Part shown: positions 1 through 13,369 of the stretch, in pieces
How the letters are laid out: each line of letters begins with the position of its first letter
Numbering within the stretch: the first letter of the stretch is position 1
The notes under the pieces: generated by a model
Seen by the model: the letters and a program-made list of their open reading frames with translations, nothing else
What the model was told of the DNA's origin: nothing
Databases searched by the model: none
Program-made: the position numbers and the translations under genes
Origin: the human T2T-CHM13v2.0 reference genome, Homo sapiens
Reading direction: 5' to 3' (one strand)
DNA: 64,000 nt
NCBI RefSeq assembly: GCF_009914755.1
Contig: NC_060944.1

Positions 1-36
1 CTTCCTGGACCCCCATTTGAGTAGCAAAGATGGAAA

Positions 37-189
37 GCGGCGGTTCTCTATCTTGGCTGCCCATTGGAATCACCTGGGAGCTTTAAAGACTACTGACGCC
101 TGCCAGATCAAGATATGGTTGGTGTGGGCATCAGTAGCTTTTAAAGCTCCCAGGTGATTCCAATATGCAGCCCAAGTTGAGAGCTACTG
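37..189. mobile_element. MER5-family (hAT-Charlie) DNA transposon, palindromic, in TTLL9 last intron
   Basis: Typical ttggaatcacctgggagc...gctcccaggtgattccaa core; arms 52-100 and 127-176 are near reverse complements. Confidence 0.75.
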
Positions 190-428
190 TTTTTTTTTTA
201 TTATTTTTTTTTTGAGACGGAGTCTCGCTCTGTTGCCCAGGCTGGAGTGCAGTGGTGCAATCATAGCTCACTGTAACTAACCTCAAACTCCCAGGCTCAA
301 GCAGTCCTCCTACCTCAGCCTCCTGAGTAGCTAGGCCTACAGGCACACACCACACCTGGCTAATTTTATTTTTGTGTGTGTGATTTTTTTCCTGTAGAGA
401 CAAAATCTCACTATATTGACCAGGCTGG
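190..428 (-). mobile_element. Alu (AluJ-like), truncated
   Basis: Poly-T then gagacggagtctcgctctgttgcccaggctggagtgcagtgg. Confidence 0.9.
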
Positions 429-1581
429 GAGAGCCAGTGCTTTAGAAGTCTCTAGAATTATTCCTGTTTCAAGTGTTTGGGTTTATGGTGGTAAACACAA
501 GGGTAGCTGGTTAGGGTAGGAAGAGTACTGATGAACTGAGTTAGGGAAGCGTTCAGGGACATCCAGGTGAAAGGGTCAGCAGATAACTCAGAGATGAGTG
601 TAGAACTCCAAGAAGTTTGCACTGGACAAGAAGACTCGAGAGTTAGGAATGAGCCAAATAGAGTTTAAGTTAGGGCTGCATGGAACTCACTCTGGAAAAC
701 CCTGAGGATGTGCATCGTAGGCTCTCAGCTCAGTGAATGGCTGAGTGAGTGTCTGGGAAGCAGGGACAGGGTTTGGGGGGATGTGGAAGATGGCAGACAC
801 CCACAGGTCAGAACTAGTGGCCACAGAGATTCAGTCATTCAAGCAGCATTTTTGAGTGCCAGCAATGTGCCTGGCATGAGGTTAAATGACCATAGTTACC
901 TCAAGGATCAGCTCTGAGAGCAAACAGCCAACATGTAGCACCATGAACGTCCTGGGAGAGACGTCTCAGCAGCTCACGGCAGCCTCAGCACGAACTGCCT
1001 GGGATTGGGGGCCACATGTACGGAAAACTCATCTCTTAGCCAGTTGTGCCTGGCACATGGGTTGGGTAAGGGAAGAAAGCTAACAGTACTGGGCAGCTAT
1101 GAGGTGCCAGGCACTGTGCTAGCTTTAAATGCATTTTCACTGAGCAAAGCCAGGAGAAGCAGCAGCGTGGGGTAGTGGTTAAGAGTGTGGCTCTGGCACC
1201 AGGTAGTCTGGGTTCAAATGATTTAACCTCTCTGAGCCTGTTTTCCCTTCTACACATCATTCCTGCGAGGGCCAAACAAATCCATCCACATTCAGCATCT
1301 GGAGCAGTTCCTGGCTTGAGGTAAGCCCCCAGTCCTCATGTTCACTCCATAAGGTGGGCAGTAGTATCCTGGTTTACAGATGAGAAGACCGATGCTGAAA
1401 AGGGTAACTGACCTGCTTGAGGGCCATGGCAGTTTAGGAATGGAGCCAGGATATAAACCACAGGCTGTGTGTGGTTGTCTGACTCCCGCTGTCCCCTCTT
1501 CCCAGCAGGGAGTTGGGGCACAGGCCCCTCCACTCCTCCCAAGCATAGGTCATCCCAGCCAACACCCCACTTCCTTTCCAG

Positions 1582-1658
1582 GCTGCGTCAACGATCGGAA
1601 GAAACAACTGAGGCAGCTCTTCTGCTCCCTTCAAGTTCAGAAGAAAGCTTCCAGTTGA
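1582..1658 (+). CDS. TTLL9: TTLL9 (tubulin tyrosine ligase-like 9, polyglutamylase) last coding exon
   Basis: Acceptor ttcctttccag at 1571-1581; encodes (G)[24 protein letters not shown], which I recognise as the TTLL9 C-terminus; TGA 1656-1658; known neighbour of PDRG1. Confidence 0.88.
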
Positions 1659-1974
1659 TCCCCAGCTGCCAGGAGGAAATCAGCCTTAGCAGGTGCCACC
1701 CAGGCCTCCCCCCCACTCCCAGATCCCAGCACAGCACCTCACAGCATTCGCCTCCCCACCTCCAGCCTGGCACCAGCTTTGCTGGCTTAGCAGCTGCAGC
1801 TTACTACCTGAATTGGGCCCCTTGGATACCTCCAGCCCATCCCCAGGCATCTTTGCACCAGGAGACAGCCAATCACTGGGACTGGGGGAGGTTTAACCTT
1901 GACAAACTGACTTGGCAGTTAGGCCCAAAGAGAACAAATACAGCAAGTTCTGCTACCCCCAGGAGATCATATCT

Positions 1975-1980
1975 AATAAA
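1975..1980 (+). terminator. TTLL9: Candidate proximal poly(A) signal of TTLL9
   Basis: AATAAA ~320 nt after the stop. Confidence 0.5.
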
Positions 1981-3575
1981 TGAGCACAGGCCCTACTTGG
2001 AGTCACTGGGCACCAGGCCTGGTTCCGGGGATACTGTTGGCTGCAGCCAAGTCCTCCTGGCTTTGACACTTGGATACCTCCCAAGTCAGTGCTGAAAAGG
2101 TCCTTCAGGAGCAAGAGTTTGGAGGCTAAGGAACTCGTCTTTAAGCTGTGCTTACACAGCAAGCAGTTATTAGATTGTGTGTTTATTGGGGGCCTGGGGA
2201 AGTACTGAGCCCTAAACACATCCTCTTCTCCTTGCATGTCAGGGGAGCCCATGGGGCTCCCTGACCATCATCTGAAAACCAGTGGGACAGGGCATCCCCA
2301 TTTCTCAGATGGACAAGACAGACCAGGGAGGCAGAGCTTAGTGAGGGTCTCTGCAAAGGTGCATTTATCTAAGTCAGATGGGTGACTTAAGTGCTTCTCT
2401 AGGCCTTGTGTTTGAGATTGGGAGCTGAGCCAGAAACCGGAAAACCCTGGGCTCATGGGCAGGACAGCTTCGGGAGTTGAGTGTGAGTAAAAATCTGCCT
2501 TTTCACATCTTACATTGCTAAGCTTCCTCTTGGTTTAAGAGGGGTTGCAACAAGACTCGGGGCTGTTGGGGTAACTGTTCCAGGGGGGACTTACTCCCTC
2601 TACCACTCCGCCTGCTTCAGAGTAGTTTCTCTGGCTGCAAATGGTTGAATCTGCCTGCCTAGGTCAAGCCCGAAGGGAAGACTTTTGGAAGGAAAATACT
2701 GGCAAATCCAAGAAGTGAACCAGCCGACTTTAGGAAAGCCAGAAGCCAGGCTACTCTAGACCTTCTGCCTTCAGAGCATGAGGACTTCTCCCACTCATCC
2801 CTGTACCTGAGGCACACCAACCCAGACAGGTCCAGGCATGGACTCCAGGTTCCCTATTTCCAGAAGGAATGCGATTAGCTTTTTTTGGCCCAGCACCCAC
2901 CCTGCCAGGGAGGAAGGGGCAATTTTCCAGTGATGAAATTGTGAATCAGGCAGTCACACTGGACAACATCTAGCAAGGTGAATTCTGCAACTCCCTACTT
3001 TATTTACATTTTAAAATAAGCAATATATTCATACGGTTTAAAATCCAAAGTTTACAAAAGGGTATAGGGTGACATCTCCTTCCCTCCCACCTGTGCGCCC
3101 CAACCCTGCAGGTGCTGTTCTGAGGGAATCACACTGTGCTTGCACAAAAATTATTAGCTTATAAGACACCAGCCTTCCCCTTGCTTTCCTCACTTGATGT
3201 ATCTTGGAGCTTGTTCCTTATTCTTGATTATAGTTGTATGGTATTGCACTATCTGGAGCTAACACCTGTGACCCACACTCATGTTTTAAAAGTTTCTGCA
3301 TTAGTCAAAAATATTTAAAAGGAGATTCAACTTCACAACCCATATGTCTAGCTTCTCTTGAAAACACGTAAGAACTGGCCATGACAGCCTGTGTTTCTAT
3401 GTAACTATGAGCCAGAGCCAAGGAGCGGGGGGACCAGGAGAGGTGTGCCCCTGCCATGCTGCCATTTGTTATCACCCGCCTGTCAAATCACAGGTTTATT
3501 TCAAGGCAAGAACCATGTTCATAGGTTGTATTCTAAATGGAGTGGCGTGCCCTTACTGAAGGACTAGATGAGGCA

Positions 3576-3581
3576 AATAAA
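3576..3581 (+). terminator. TTLL9: Candidate distal poly(A) signal of TTLL9
   Basis: AATAAA, CA dinucleotides ~20 nt downstream, U-rich catttattg further down. Confidence 0.55.
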
Positions 3582-3594
3582 GACTAGTTGCTGC

Positions 3595-4443
3595 TATTCA
3601 TTCATTCAGCTAACATTTATTGAGCCCTTAATGAACACATAAGAGTTTTGACTTCACGGCAGTTCATACTGGGACCTCAGACCACTGAAGGCAGACAGTA
3701 ACGAGCAGTGCTGGCCGGGCCCCACTTTCAGAGGGGGCGGAAGGGCATCTTGACACGTGTCATATGGTAAGAGGCGCATCCACTCACCCAGGCCTGGTGC
3801 AGGACTCTGCAAGGCCCTCCTGAGTAAAGAGTGGCCACGAAGGGCTGCTAGGCAGCACCTACTCTTGGAATCAAGCAGGGAAAAAGTGCAAAATTGGAGC
3901 TGGCGGGAGGTGTGTGTGCCTGCCCCACAGATGGCTGTGGTGAGCCACAAAGCACCAAGATTCTGTTCTTCATTCAGCAACCACCCATGAGCCTCCTGCT
4001 TTATTCCAATCGCATGGCACCAGCCTGAAAACCTCTCTCCCTTCTGAGAGGAATGCTGGAATGACACTCCACTCTGCCCCTCCCTCCCTCCTTCCTTGCT
4101 CAGGGTCCATGTGAACAGCAGGCCATTGTTGGGAAGTGCCTGTTGCAGTCATTCTTACACCCCCACAGCCACTGCCCCACACACCCACTGGTGGCTACCA
4201 AGGCCCGTCAATAGATCTTGTGTCCACCGAGCCCTGGTGTCCAGGTCCAGCAGCCAGACAGGCTGAAGGTTCCCTCCTGCCATCACAGAGTAGCCAAGCA
4301 CTACAAAGAGGTTTTCATGGCCAGATTCCTGACGGCTGGCCCCTTACAGGGCAGATCCTGTCCTTACAGGTGTCAAGGTTGGAGGGTCCTGGGTCCTCCA
4401 TGACCCTGGGGGGTTGCTGGTCCCCCATCTTGGTTCTTGAGTC
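3595..4443 (-). other. PDRG1: PDRG1 3' UTR (approximate end)
   Basis: Between TGA at 4444-4446 and AATAAA at 3621-3616. Confidence 0.65.
3616..3621 (-). terminator. PDRG1: PDRG1 poly(A) signal inside an L2 3'-end remnant
   Basis: tttatt on + strand (AATAAA on -) within ttcattcattcagctaacatttattgagc, an L2 3'-terminus signature; ~830 nt after the PDRG1 stop. Confidence 0.65.
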
Positions 4444-4526
4444 TCATCCTTTCAAGATGACCTTGAGAGCTTTAAGCTCATCCTGGTTGAGGGGGTTCAA
4501 GTTAAAACCCTTCAGCTCCGGTTTGC
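4444..4526 (-). CDS. PDRG1: PDRG1 exon 5 (coding part)
   Basis: Acceptor ctcctag; (G)[26 protein letters not shown]; 83 nt. Confidence 0.96.
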
Positions 4527-5132
4527 CTAGGAGAGAAGATGATCCATCAGCACGTCGGGCCTCCTGCTGGCTCTGGAGCCAGGCCCAGGAAAGGGGCTGA
4601 CGCTGCACTAATGCTGCCAAACTCAGCCTGGAGGTCTGGCAGGGATGGGCCTCCAATTCTGCAATGCACCAGATGAGGCATCACCACTGCTCCTGTGTCA
4701 CCAAGAGCCTGCAAACGCGTAACTCTGCTGCCCAAAGAACCTCAGGTTTTTCCAAGACCTGTGACCAATCTAGAGTGCTTGCATTTATCAAGAATTTCAG
4801 CTCTGACCTCACTCACTCACTGAAGCCTTCTGAGTTTCCTCAGTCAGAGCTATCTGATCCCCATGCCATGCCCCGATGTATAACGTGAGATCACCCCAAG
4901 CGGTTCCTGGGACCTGGAAAAGAAACTATGACAGGACTAGGACTGTAGAAGTCCCCCTGTCCATTCTGTCCCTGGGCAGCTACAACCAACCACTGTGCAC
5001 ACCTCCAGGGCCACTCACAGGCTGCCCCGGACACTGCCCATCTCTGAGGGTCGGACTTCCCATCCCTGCCCTTCAAAGTCCATGCTGATGATTCCCTCCC
5101 CTTCTTATCTCCAGTCCCTGCTAAGCCAATAC

Positions 5133-5213
5133 CTTGGGCCTCAAAAAGGCGGTTGACCTTCACTTTAAGTTGCTTCCGCAGTTTTTCTATTTCTTTATCC
5201 AGATGATCTTGAT
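5133..5213 (-). CDS. PDRG1: PDRG1 exon 4
   Basis: ttttcag / gtattg junctions; (D)[26 protein letters not shown]; 81 nt, phase 1-1. Confidence 0.96.
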
Positions 5214-6244
5214 CTGAAAAAATGAGGGGGGCAAGCAGAGGATAAGATTGTACCAGACAGACTTGATCCCAGTAGTGGAGAGGCCAGCCTCTCCCCAGCA
5301 AGGGCGTGTAGCTTTCAGGAAGGAAAAGGGGACATCAGAGGCCAACTGAGGAAGGATTAAAGTCTAGAAGGGACATGACCTGCTCAGGACCACTCAGAGA
5401 GCCCAGGACACAGCAGTCCCAACTCCCATTACACTGGCCTTTTCTGCATTATGCAAAGTACCTTGGGGTGGTCAGTGGATGGAGAAGGCAACATCAGGAC
5501 TTTAGGCTGCCCTCCCACAATGAAATTATGGAAAATTCAAATGCACAAACAAAATAAGCATCTCTAGATTCAGCCCACCCTAGATGGCTGGAAAATGGAT
5601 GCCTAAGAAATTTTACAAACCCAAGTCCATCAAGGTGAGGGGGTTTTAGAAAAACATGATTGTGTAAACATGTGACGTAAACAATCAACACGCAAGCAAT
5701 GCTCAAGCTTAACTTAATTAGCCACTGTGAACAGAAAAGGGTCTTCTAGTGTCATGGACTGCCCCTGAGAAGAGTTGGTGTGATGACAGAGGTGGCTATC
5801 AAAGCTTGATTGACCAATTGACTGAAGTCACCCAGCCAATTCCACCTGCTCATGAGTGACATTCTGGCTAGCCTGTCTTCCCCACAGACTCACTCTTTCA
5901 GATGGGGGAGAAACCCTGAATGGCCAAGCCTTACAGCCTGGTTCTATTTCTCATTGTGAATGAGTAACCCCAATGTCCATGAGCTTGTTTAGCCTATGTT
6001 GATCCCCAAGAAATCTGATAATGTCTCAGAACCCCTCTAGGTACAGTGACAAGACGACATTTGGGGGCCAAAAGGGCCAACAAGATCCTGAACCCAGGCA
6101 AGGGACCCTCTGAAAGCTTAGCCTCCAGCCCACCACCAAGTGCAGTTTAATTTTATAACCATAATATTAGTGTATTTTTTCAACACAACAGCTGGAAACT
6201 TCTCCAGGCTGGATATAGCTTCCTGTTAGTAGTTTTATGTCACT

Positions 6245-6576
<332 letters not shown>

Positions 6577-6794
6577 TCAGGGACTGAGGCAACCTTGCTT
6601 GTCCTTTTGGCCATTTTCAAGGTTATGGAAGAAAAAGTATGTGTAGCCTGTTCTTTTTCTAGCCAATAATCCATTTGCAGCCTGACTTGCTTTAAGATGC
6701 TTTTCCAAAGAGCTTCCAGATTATGGTTGTGGAAACTGAGTACACTGAGTGCCTAGGCTATGGCAGACCCTAGAGGTTTAATCTCCCCAAACCT

Positions 6795-7175
6795 CCATTT
6801 TCAACCCAGTCTCTATTGCAGGGCATGTAAAAAAGAAAAGCTCACTCTCCCAGGCTCTCTTGCAGCTATGGGTGACCATGTGACTTAGTTCTGGCCAATG
6901 AGATGTTGGCAGGAAGTCCCTGAGGAGATGGCCTTACTTCCAAAATAGAAGGCAAAGCTCTATGTGGCGAAAGCCTTCTGTCTTTCCTCCAGCCTGGCAT
7001 GAGGACATGAGGCCTGCAACGATGAAACAACAACCAGGAGAATATGCTAAGGTGCCACTGCTGGGCATCTATGCCAGGACTGGAGTACACACCTCTGGAC
7101 AATTTCTTATGCAAGAGTAAAAGAAGCATATTTCCTTAAGCCTCAATTTGTTGGGTTTTGTTATCTGCAGCCCAA
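6795..7175. mobile_element. MLT1-type (ERVL-MaLR) LTR remnant
   Basis: ctcccaggctctcttgcagcta...ccatgtgacttagttctggccaatgagatg and ttgggttttgttatctgcagcc MLT1-like motifs. Confidence 0.6.
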
Positions 7176-7444
7176 CTGATTCCTCACTAATAAGAAAGCA
7201 CTATGCTAGGCACACATATTGTTTTACCTCAACTGCACAGCTATGCTACACAGATGCATCCCCCTCTTAGAGATGAGGAAATAACCCACAGTGGCAGAGG
7301 TGGAATTAAAACCCACAGCAGTCTGAACCCTGTGACAGAACTGCCTCTCCTTACGCTGCCTGAAGCCTGACTCCCTGTTCTGGGTTAAGACCAAAGCTGG
7401 TGGGAGAGGCAGCACACCCCTGACCCATCCCCAGGAGGCCTTAC

Positions 7445-7519
7445 CTTTTTCAATCATTTCCTTTGTCTCAGGGTGAGGCATCTTGATAAACATGTTCCCG
7501 AAGCAAACCATCACATCTT
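7445..7519 (-). CDS. PDRG1: PDRG1 exon 3
   Basis: tttcag / gtaagg; (E)[24 protein letters not shown], prefoldin beta-hairpin; 75 nt, phase 1-1. Confidence 0.96.
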
Positions 7520-7539
7520 CTGAAAGAGCAAATAGTAAT

Positions 7540-8400
<861 letters not shown>

Positions 8401-8948
8401 CTAGTGTACTTTCAACAAAATGTAAACTTCCTCCCTTAGCCCCCAAGACCTTTCATTATGGCCTGGTCTCTGTCCCTCTCTCCAGCCATACTTACTCCCC
8501 ATTTGCTTCCACTGCCACAGCCACTTGGCCTCATCTAAAGTGTCCCATTCTTCTGGATATATATTCTCAACACCCACCCCAAGTCCAATTCCATCTCTGG
8601 CTTTCTTACAATTTTCAATTACGCATTTTACGTTGTTTTCCTCATCTGTAAAGCACAAGGGCAGGAACCATCAGTTTTATACACCCCCGGCACTCTCTCA
8701 GTGTCTGCCATCGTTGATAAGCCAGGAGCTAACGACCTGTCACTGAAGTGAGCAGGCAAAATCCTGAACCACAGTCTGTGCCAGAACTGCAAAATTTGCT
8801 CCCCCATCTCCCCGGACTGTTTCAATTTCCCACAAGGCTGAGTTATACAGCTGTGACCTCCTGCCTGATCTCTATCAGGAACAAGGTAAAGGCCTTAAAG
8901 GAAAACGGAACAGGCCTCCAGGGCTGCACTGAGAAAATTTCAACTTAC

Positions 8949-9024
8949 CAGAGAGGCTGAGATCCTTCTGCAGGGCCCTCAGGCCCTCTCGATTCTGATT
9001 CCTTTTAGTGTCCAGGTCCACAAT
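8949..9024 (-). CDS. PDRG1: PDRG1 exon 2 (missed by ORF track)
   Basis: tttcag / gtaagt; IVDLDTKRNQNREGLRALQKDLSLS; 76 nt; phases fit exons 1 and 3. Confidence 0.95.
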
Positions 9025-10349
9025 CTGAAAACCACAGGGACAGGAGGGAACTCAGCTATCTCTTGCCCCAAGCTGTCACCTCTTGACAGACAAGGGTTGC
9101 AGAGGCAATGCATTATTCCTGATTACATTCAACGTCCTGCCTAAAATGGATTGATGTGTGAATGTATTTCTTCTCTCACTCAGCTTCCTGGTCTTAAAGA
9201 CAATGCTTTGTGCAGCTGCCCTCTCCCCAGAAAAGATGCTGAGAAAACATGTGCTGACTAAATGGGAAATTCTGCATTATCCACTCGAACTTTAGGGCAT
9301 ATCAGAATCACCAGGGGAGTGGAAACCCTTCCCCTACACACTGTGATTAAGCAGGCCTAATGTTTATTTTTGGACAAACTTCTCCAGCTGATTCTGAACT
9401 AGTAATATGAGAAACCCAACAATACTAGATTGGAACAGCAGGATTGGGGGCACTGAGACAGTGGTAACAACACAATAGCTACTAAGGAAGTGACGCAGTA
9501 GTACAGTATACTGCACGAGTGCTGGTTCTGGATTTGGAATACCCAGGTTCGAATCCTGCTATCTGCCTCAAGCTGTGTAATTTCACCTTCCTATTTACTC
9601 CTCCTCAAAATGGAGCTACGGACAGTACCTACCTTACAGGTTATTGAGCCAGCAATTAAATGACTTAACACAGTACCTGGCACATAGTAAGTAGCTGATA
9701 AACTTTAACTGCTCTTATTCTCATCCAGCACACCCTGATCCAGTACTTAATTTGACAGGATCTTGCCCAAGTTTTCCCCTTCTCAGTAAATACCTGACCC
9801 TTCTAACTGGAGATGAGAGGGAGTCACGACTCCCCCGGCTCCACTACCACGGCCTACTGAGTCTGTCTCCAAAATACATTTCTGACCCCTTCACTTCTCT
9901 CCACCACCACTACCTAGTCCAAATCCATCTCTGGTCTGGACCATACCAATGGCCCCTCACCCATCTCCCTGCCTCCGCCCTTGCCCACCTATATTCTGTA
10001 TTCCACACAGCAGCCAGGGGGGATCCTTTTAAAACCTAAATCCAATTACGTCACCCTCCTTCCCCCAGGAACTCCCCTCAAAAACTTGGCACTTAAAACA
10101 AGACACCCCATAAACAGGGCGCCACCTTCCCCCACGTCCCCACCCCTGCCCGGTCACAAGGCCCCCTCAGGCTTCTTTTCGGTTCCAGCTCTCCCCTGAG
10201 GGCCTTTACAGGGCGGTGCCCCTAGATCAACCATGGGGCCGGGAAGTGCATTTTGAAACAGGTGCTCAGGGAAACGGCCCAGAGCATGATGGGTCGAGAT
10301 CCACAGAGCATGGCAAGGGGCAGAGAAAGGATGAAGAGAGAGGAATGTC

Positions 10350-10810
10350 CAGCATAGCGCAGGCGCTCACTTAGTAGCGGCCGAATATTTATCGGCCCAG
10401 GTCTGTCGCCTCGGAGCCGTTAACCGCCTGTCCAGGTCAACTCACTGCGACCCCGCGCGCTTTCCCACGGCGCCGGCCGCCAGGCCCCAGCGCCGCGGAG
10501 GGGCCTCTCACCTGCCGCTTGTCCGCCAGCACCTCCTCGGCGAGCTCCTCCACTTCTACAAGGTACCGCAGCACTCGCTCTGCCTCGGGTGATAGCATAG
10601 CGCCCACCAACTCCGCTTGCGGCTCTCGCGCGACCCCGGGATCTCCGCTTCGACTCCCGCTGCGCACGCGCCGCTCTCTAGGTGCTTCCGGCGCGCCTGC
10701 GCAGTTAAAAGAACGGTGGTGCGCAGGCTCTAACACTAGTGCGCCAGCCGGCTGCGAGAGGCGGGGCCTAGCTTTGGGGGCGGGGCTGGAGCGCCCTCTG
10801 CAGGCTCAGA
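10350..10810 (-). promoter_or_regulatory. PDRG1: PDRG1 CpG-island, TATA-less housekeeping-type promoter
   Basis: CpG-dense; NRF1 GCGCCTGCGCA 10693-10703 and GCGCAGGCGC 10357-10366; ETS CCGGAAG (cttccgg 10685-10691); GC boxes 10758-10767 and 10777-10786. Confidence 0.8.
10512..10598 (-). CDS. PDRG1: PDRG1 exon 1 (p53 and DNA damage regulated 1; prefoldin-like/PAQosome subunit)
   Basis: ATG at 10598; MLSPEAERVLRYLVEVEELAEEVLADKRQ; donor gtgag; five exons total 402 nt = 133 aa + stop. Confidence 0.97.
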
Positions 10811-11109
10811 GAGCTCAGTCCTCGGGCTGCCTCTGACCCGTTACTCCCTCGGTTCATGCTTCTTGAGCACTTATTATGTGCCAAGCAGTTTTATGTGCTT
10901 AGGATGCAGCAGTGAACACAACAAAATCCCTGCCCTCATGGAACTTCATCCTAGTGGGAAACACCGACAATTAATGGCAAAACAATTATATACCGTGGCA
11001 GGTAGTGATTAGGATCTGGGAAATATTATTCTTCCCCTGGCTAAGAAACACCAAGAAGGCCCATGTGGCAGTGTGACTTATGTTTAATCTCTGACACTTT
11101 CAGTTTCTA

Positions 11110-11480
<371 letters not shown>

Positions 11481-12939
11481 GGAAGCAGTAATCACTTTTA
11501 ATTCCGTTTAACCAGAGTTCACTTGAGCCCCTGTGTTGGGCCCAATGTCCAGAGTAGCTGGCCTATACATAAGGAAGGGACTTGAAAACTATGGGCAGTA
11601 AGCAATGAAGTGCTAGCTCAGAAAAGCAGGTGGGTGTGGGTGGTAGGATTGGGAGGACTTCCCAGAGAAGGCAGGCAGGTGGAAAATGGTTACCATCAGA
11701 ACCAGAGGGTTCCCACGAGGTCTTCACGCCCAAACTCCTCATTGGATAGCTGGAAAAAACAAACCTCAGAGAGAGGCAAGGCTTTGAAAAGAAGGTGAGG
11801 GGTGAGCCATGTGGATGCCTAGGAGAAGAGTGTTCCAGGCAGAGGGAACAGCCAGCGTATGTGGAACAGAATGGGCGGGGGGGAAGCAGGCAGGAGGTCA
11901 GAGGGAAGGAGGCATTGAGCCCACATGGCTGTAAAAGGCGCTGGGAAAGGACTTTGAAAGTCTAAAGAGCAGAACCGATATTATCACTCTGATGTCTCGC
12001 CTCCCTGATTCCAGCGTTTTATTCTCTCCTTTTGACCTCTTGTAACCAAGCCCCTTCACACCCCTTGCCTTACTTGAGTGTCAAAGCAACCTTTGTATGG
12101 ATGGGATTATTACTGCCCCATTTCACAGCTGCAGACTGAGGCCAGGAGAAAGGCAGTGCCTCATCACACAGCAAGCCAGGAGTGCCTGGTGTCCATGCCA
12201 TTTCCGGACCCTGAAAAAACCCTCCCCAAAAATTGTGGCCCCAGAAGCCCCAGCAGCACCTCTATGTTGCCTAGCCATTGGCTGCCTTCAACTACCAGAG
12301 GCAGAGCTAATTTTTCCTTCAGCCACCTGGTGTGGGGAAGGAGGGAGATTCATTAAGGATTCCTCACTGAGGGTGAATTTGTCGCCAAACCCAGGATGTT
12401 TTGTATAAACACCTTCTGGTTCAGAAATGCAGGCACAGGCCCTGAGAAGGAAAGGGGGATGTTTGCCAAAGCAGAAATGGGGCTCACCAGGCATCCCTCG
12501 GCCTGGACCCCAGCACTGCGTCTCCTCCACCTTGGGACCCACAGAGGGCTGGACCAGGTTGACCCTTGACCCCTACCACATGGGCCTGGATGGGGAGAGG
12601 CTGAGGGAGGCTCCCACATTAGCAGCTTCTTGGCGGTAACTGGCCTTTAGAGGCCACCCCTGGCCACTGGAAATGTTGGGGAGGGGAATCATAGTCATTT
12701 CCAAGACTTTGAAATGGTCAGACCCAGAAAGACTCTCGGAGAGCATTTCAATTTCAGAGCCATTTATTTCACAATTATGTATTGACTTCCCAGGCCCTGT
12801 GATAGGGATTCTGCCATGAGCAAAACTGGACATGGTCCCTGCTCTCAGGAATCTCCCAGTCTGGTGAGAGAAACAATCAACATAAAACAAGTAAATATAT
12901 CATATGTCAGGTGGTAAAAAGTGCTACCAAAAAAATAGC

Positions 12940-13235
12940 GGCTTGATGTGGGGGCTCACACCTGTAATCCCAATACTTTGGGAGGCCAAAGTGGAGAATC
13001 ACTTGAACCCAGGAGTTCGAGACCAGCCTGGGAAACATAGCAAGACCCCCATCTCTACCAAAAAAATAAAAATTAAAAAGTTAGCCAGATGTAGTGGTGT
13101 GCGGCTGTTGTCTCAGCTACTCAGGAGGCTGAGGTGGGAGGATCACTTGAGCACAGGAGTTCAAGGCTGCAGTGAGCTACAATCGTGCCACTGTAACCCA
13201 GCCTGGGTGACAGAGTGAGACCCTTTCTCTAAAAA
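12940..13235 (+). mobile_element. AluJ inserted in an L2
   Basis: Alu dimer with diverged 5' end; L2 motifs on both flanks (about 12760-13620). Confidence 0.88.
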
Positions 13236-13369
13236 AGAAAAGAAAAGAAAGAGAGAAAGAAAGAAAAAGAAAGAAAGAAGGAAAGAAAGAAAGAAAGGAA
13301 GGAAGGAAGGAAGGAAGGAAGAAAGGAGGGAAGGAAGGAAGGAGAAAAGAAAAGATAAGAAAAGAAAAG
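13231..13369 (+). repeat. (GAAA)n/(GGAA)n polypurine microsatellite derived from the Alu tail
   Basis: ~140 nt almost pure A/G run. Confidence 0.92.

Noticed and set aside
4527-5301. In-frame extensions of PDRG1 exons 4 and 5 in the ORF track
   Set aside because: Canonical GT-AG junctions give exactly the 133-aa protein; the extensions are intronic read-through
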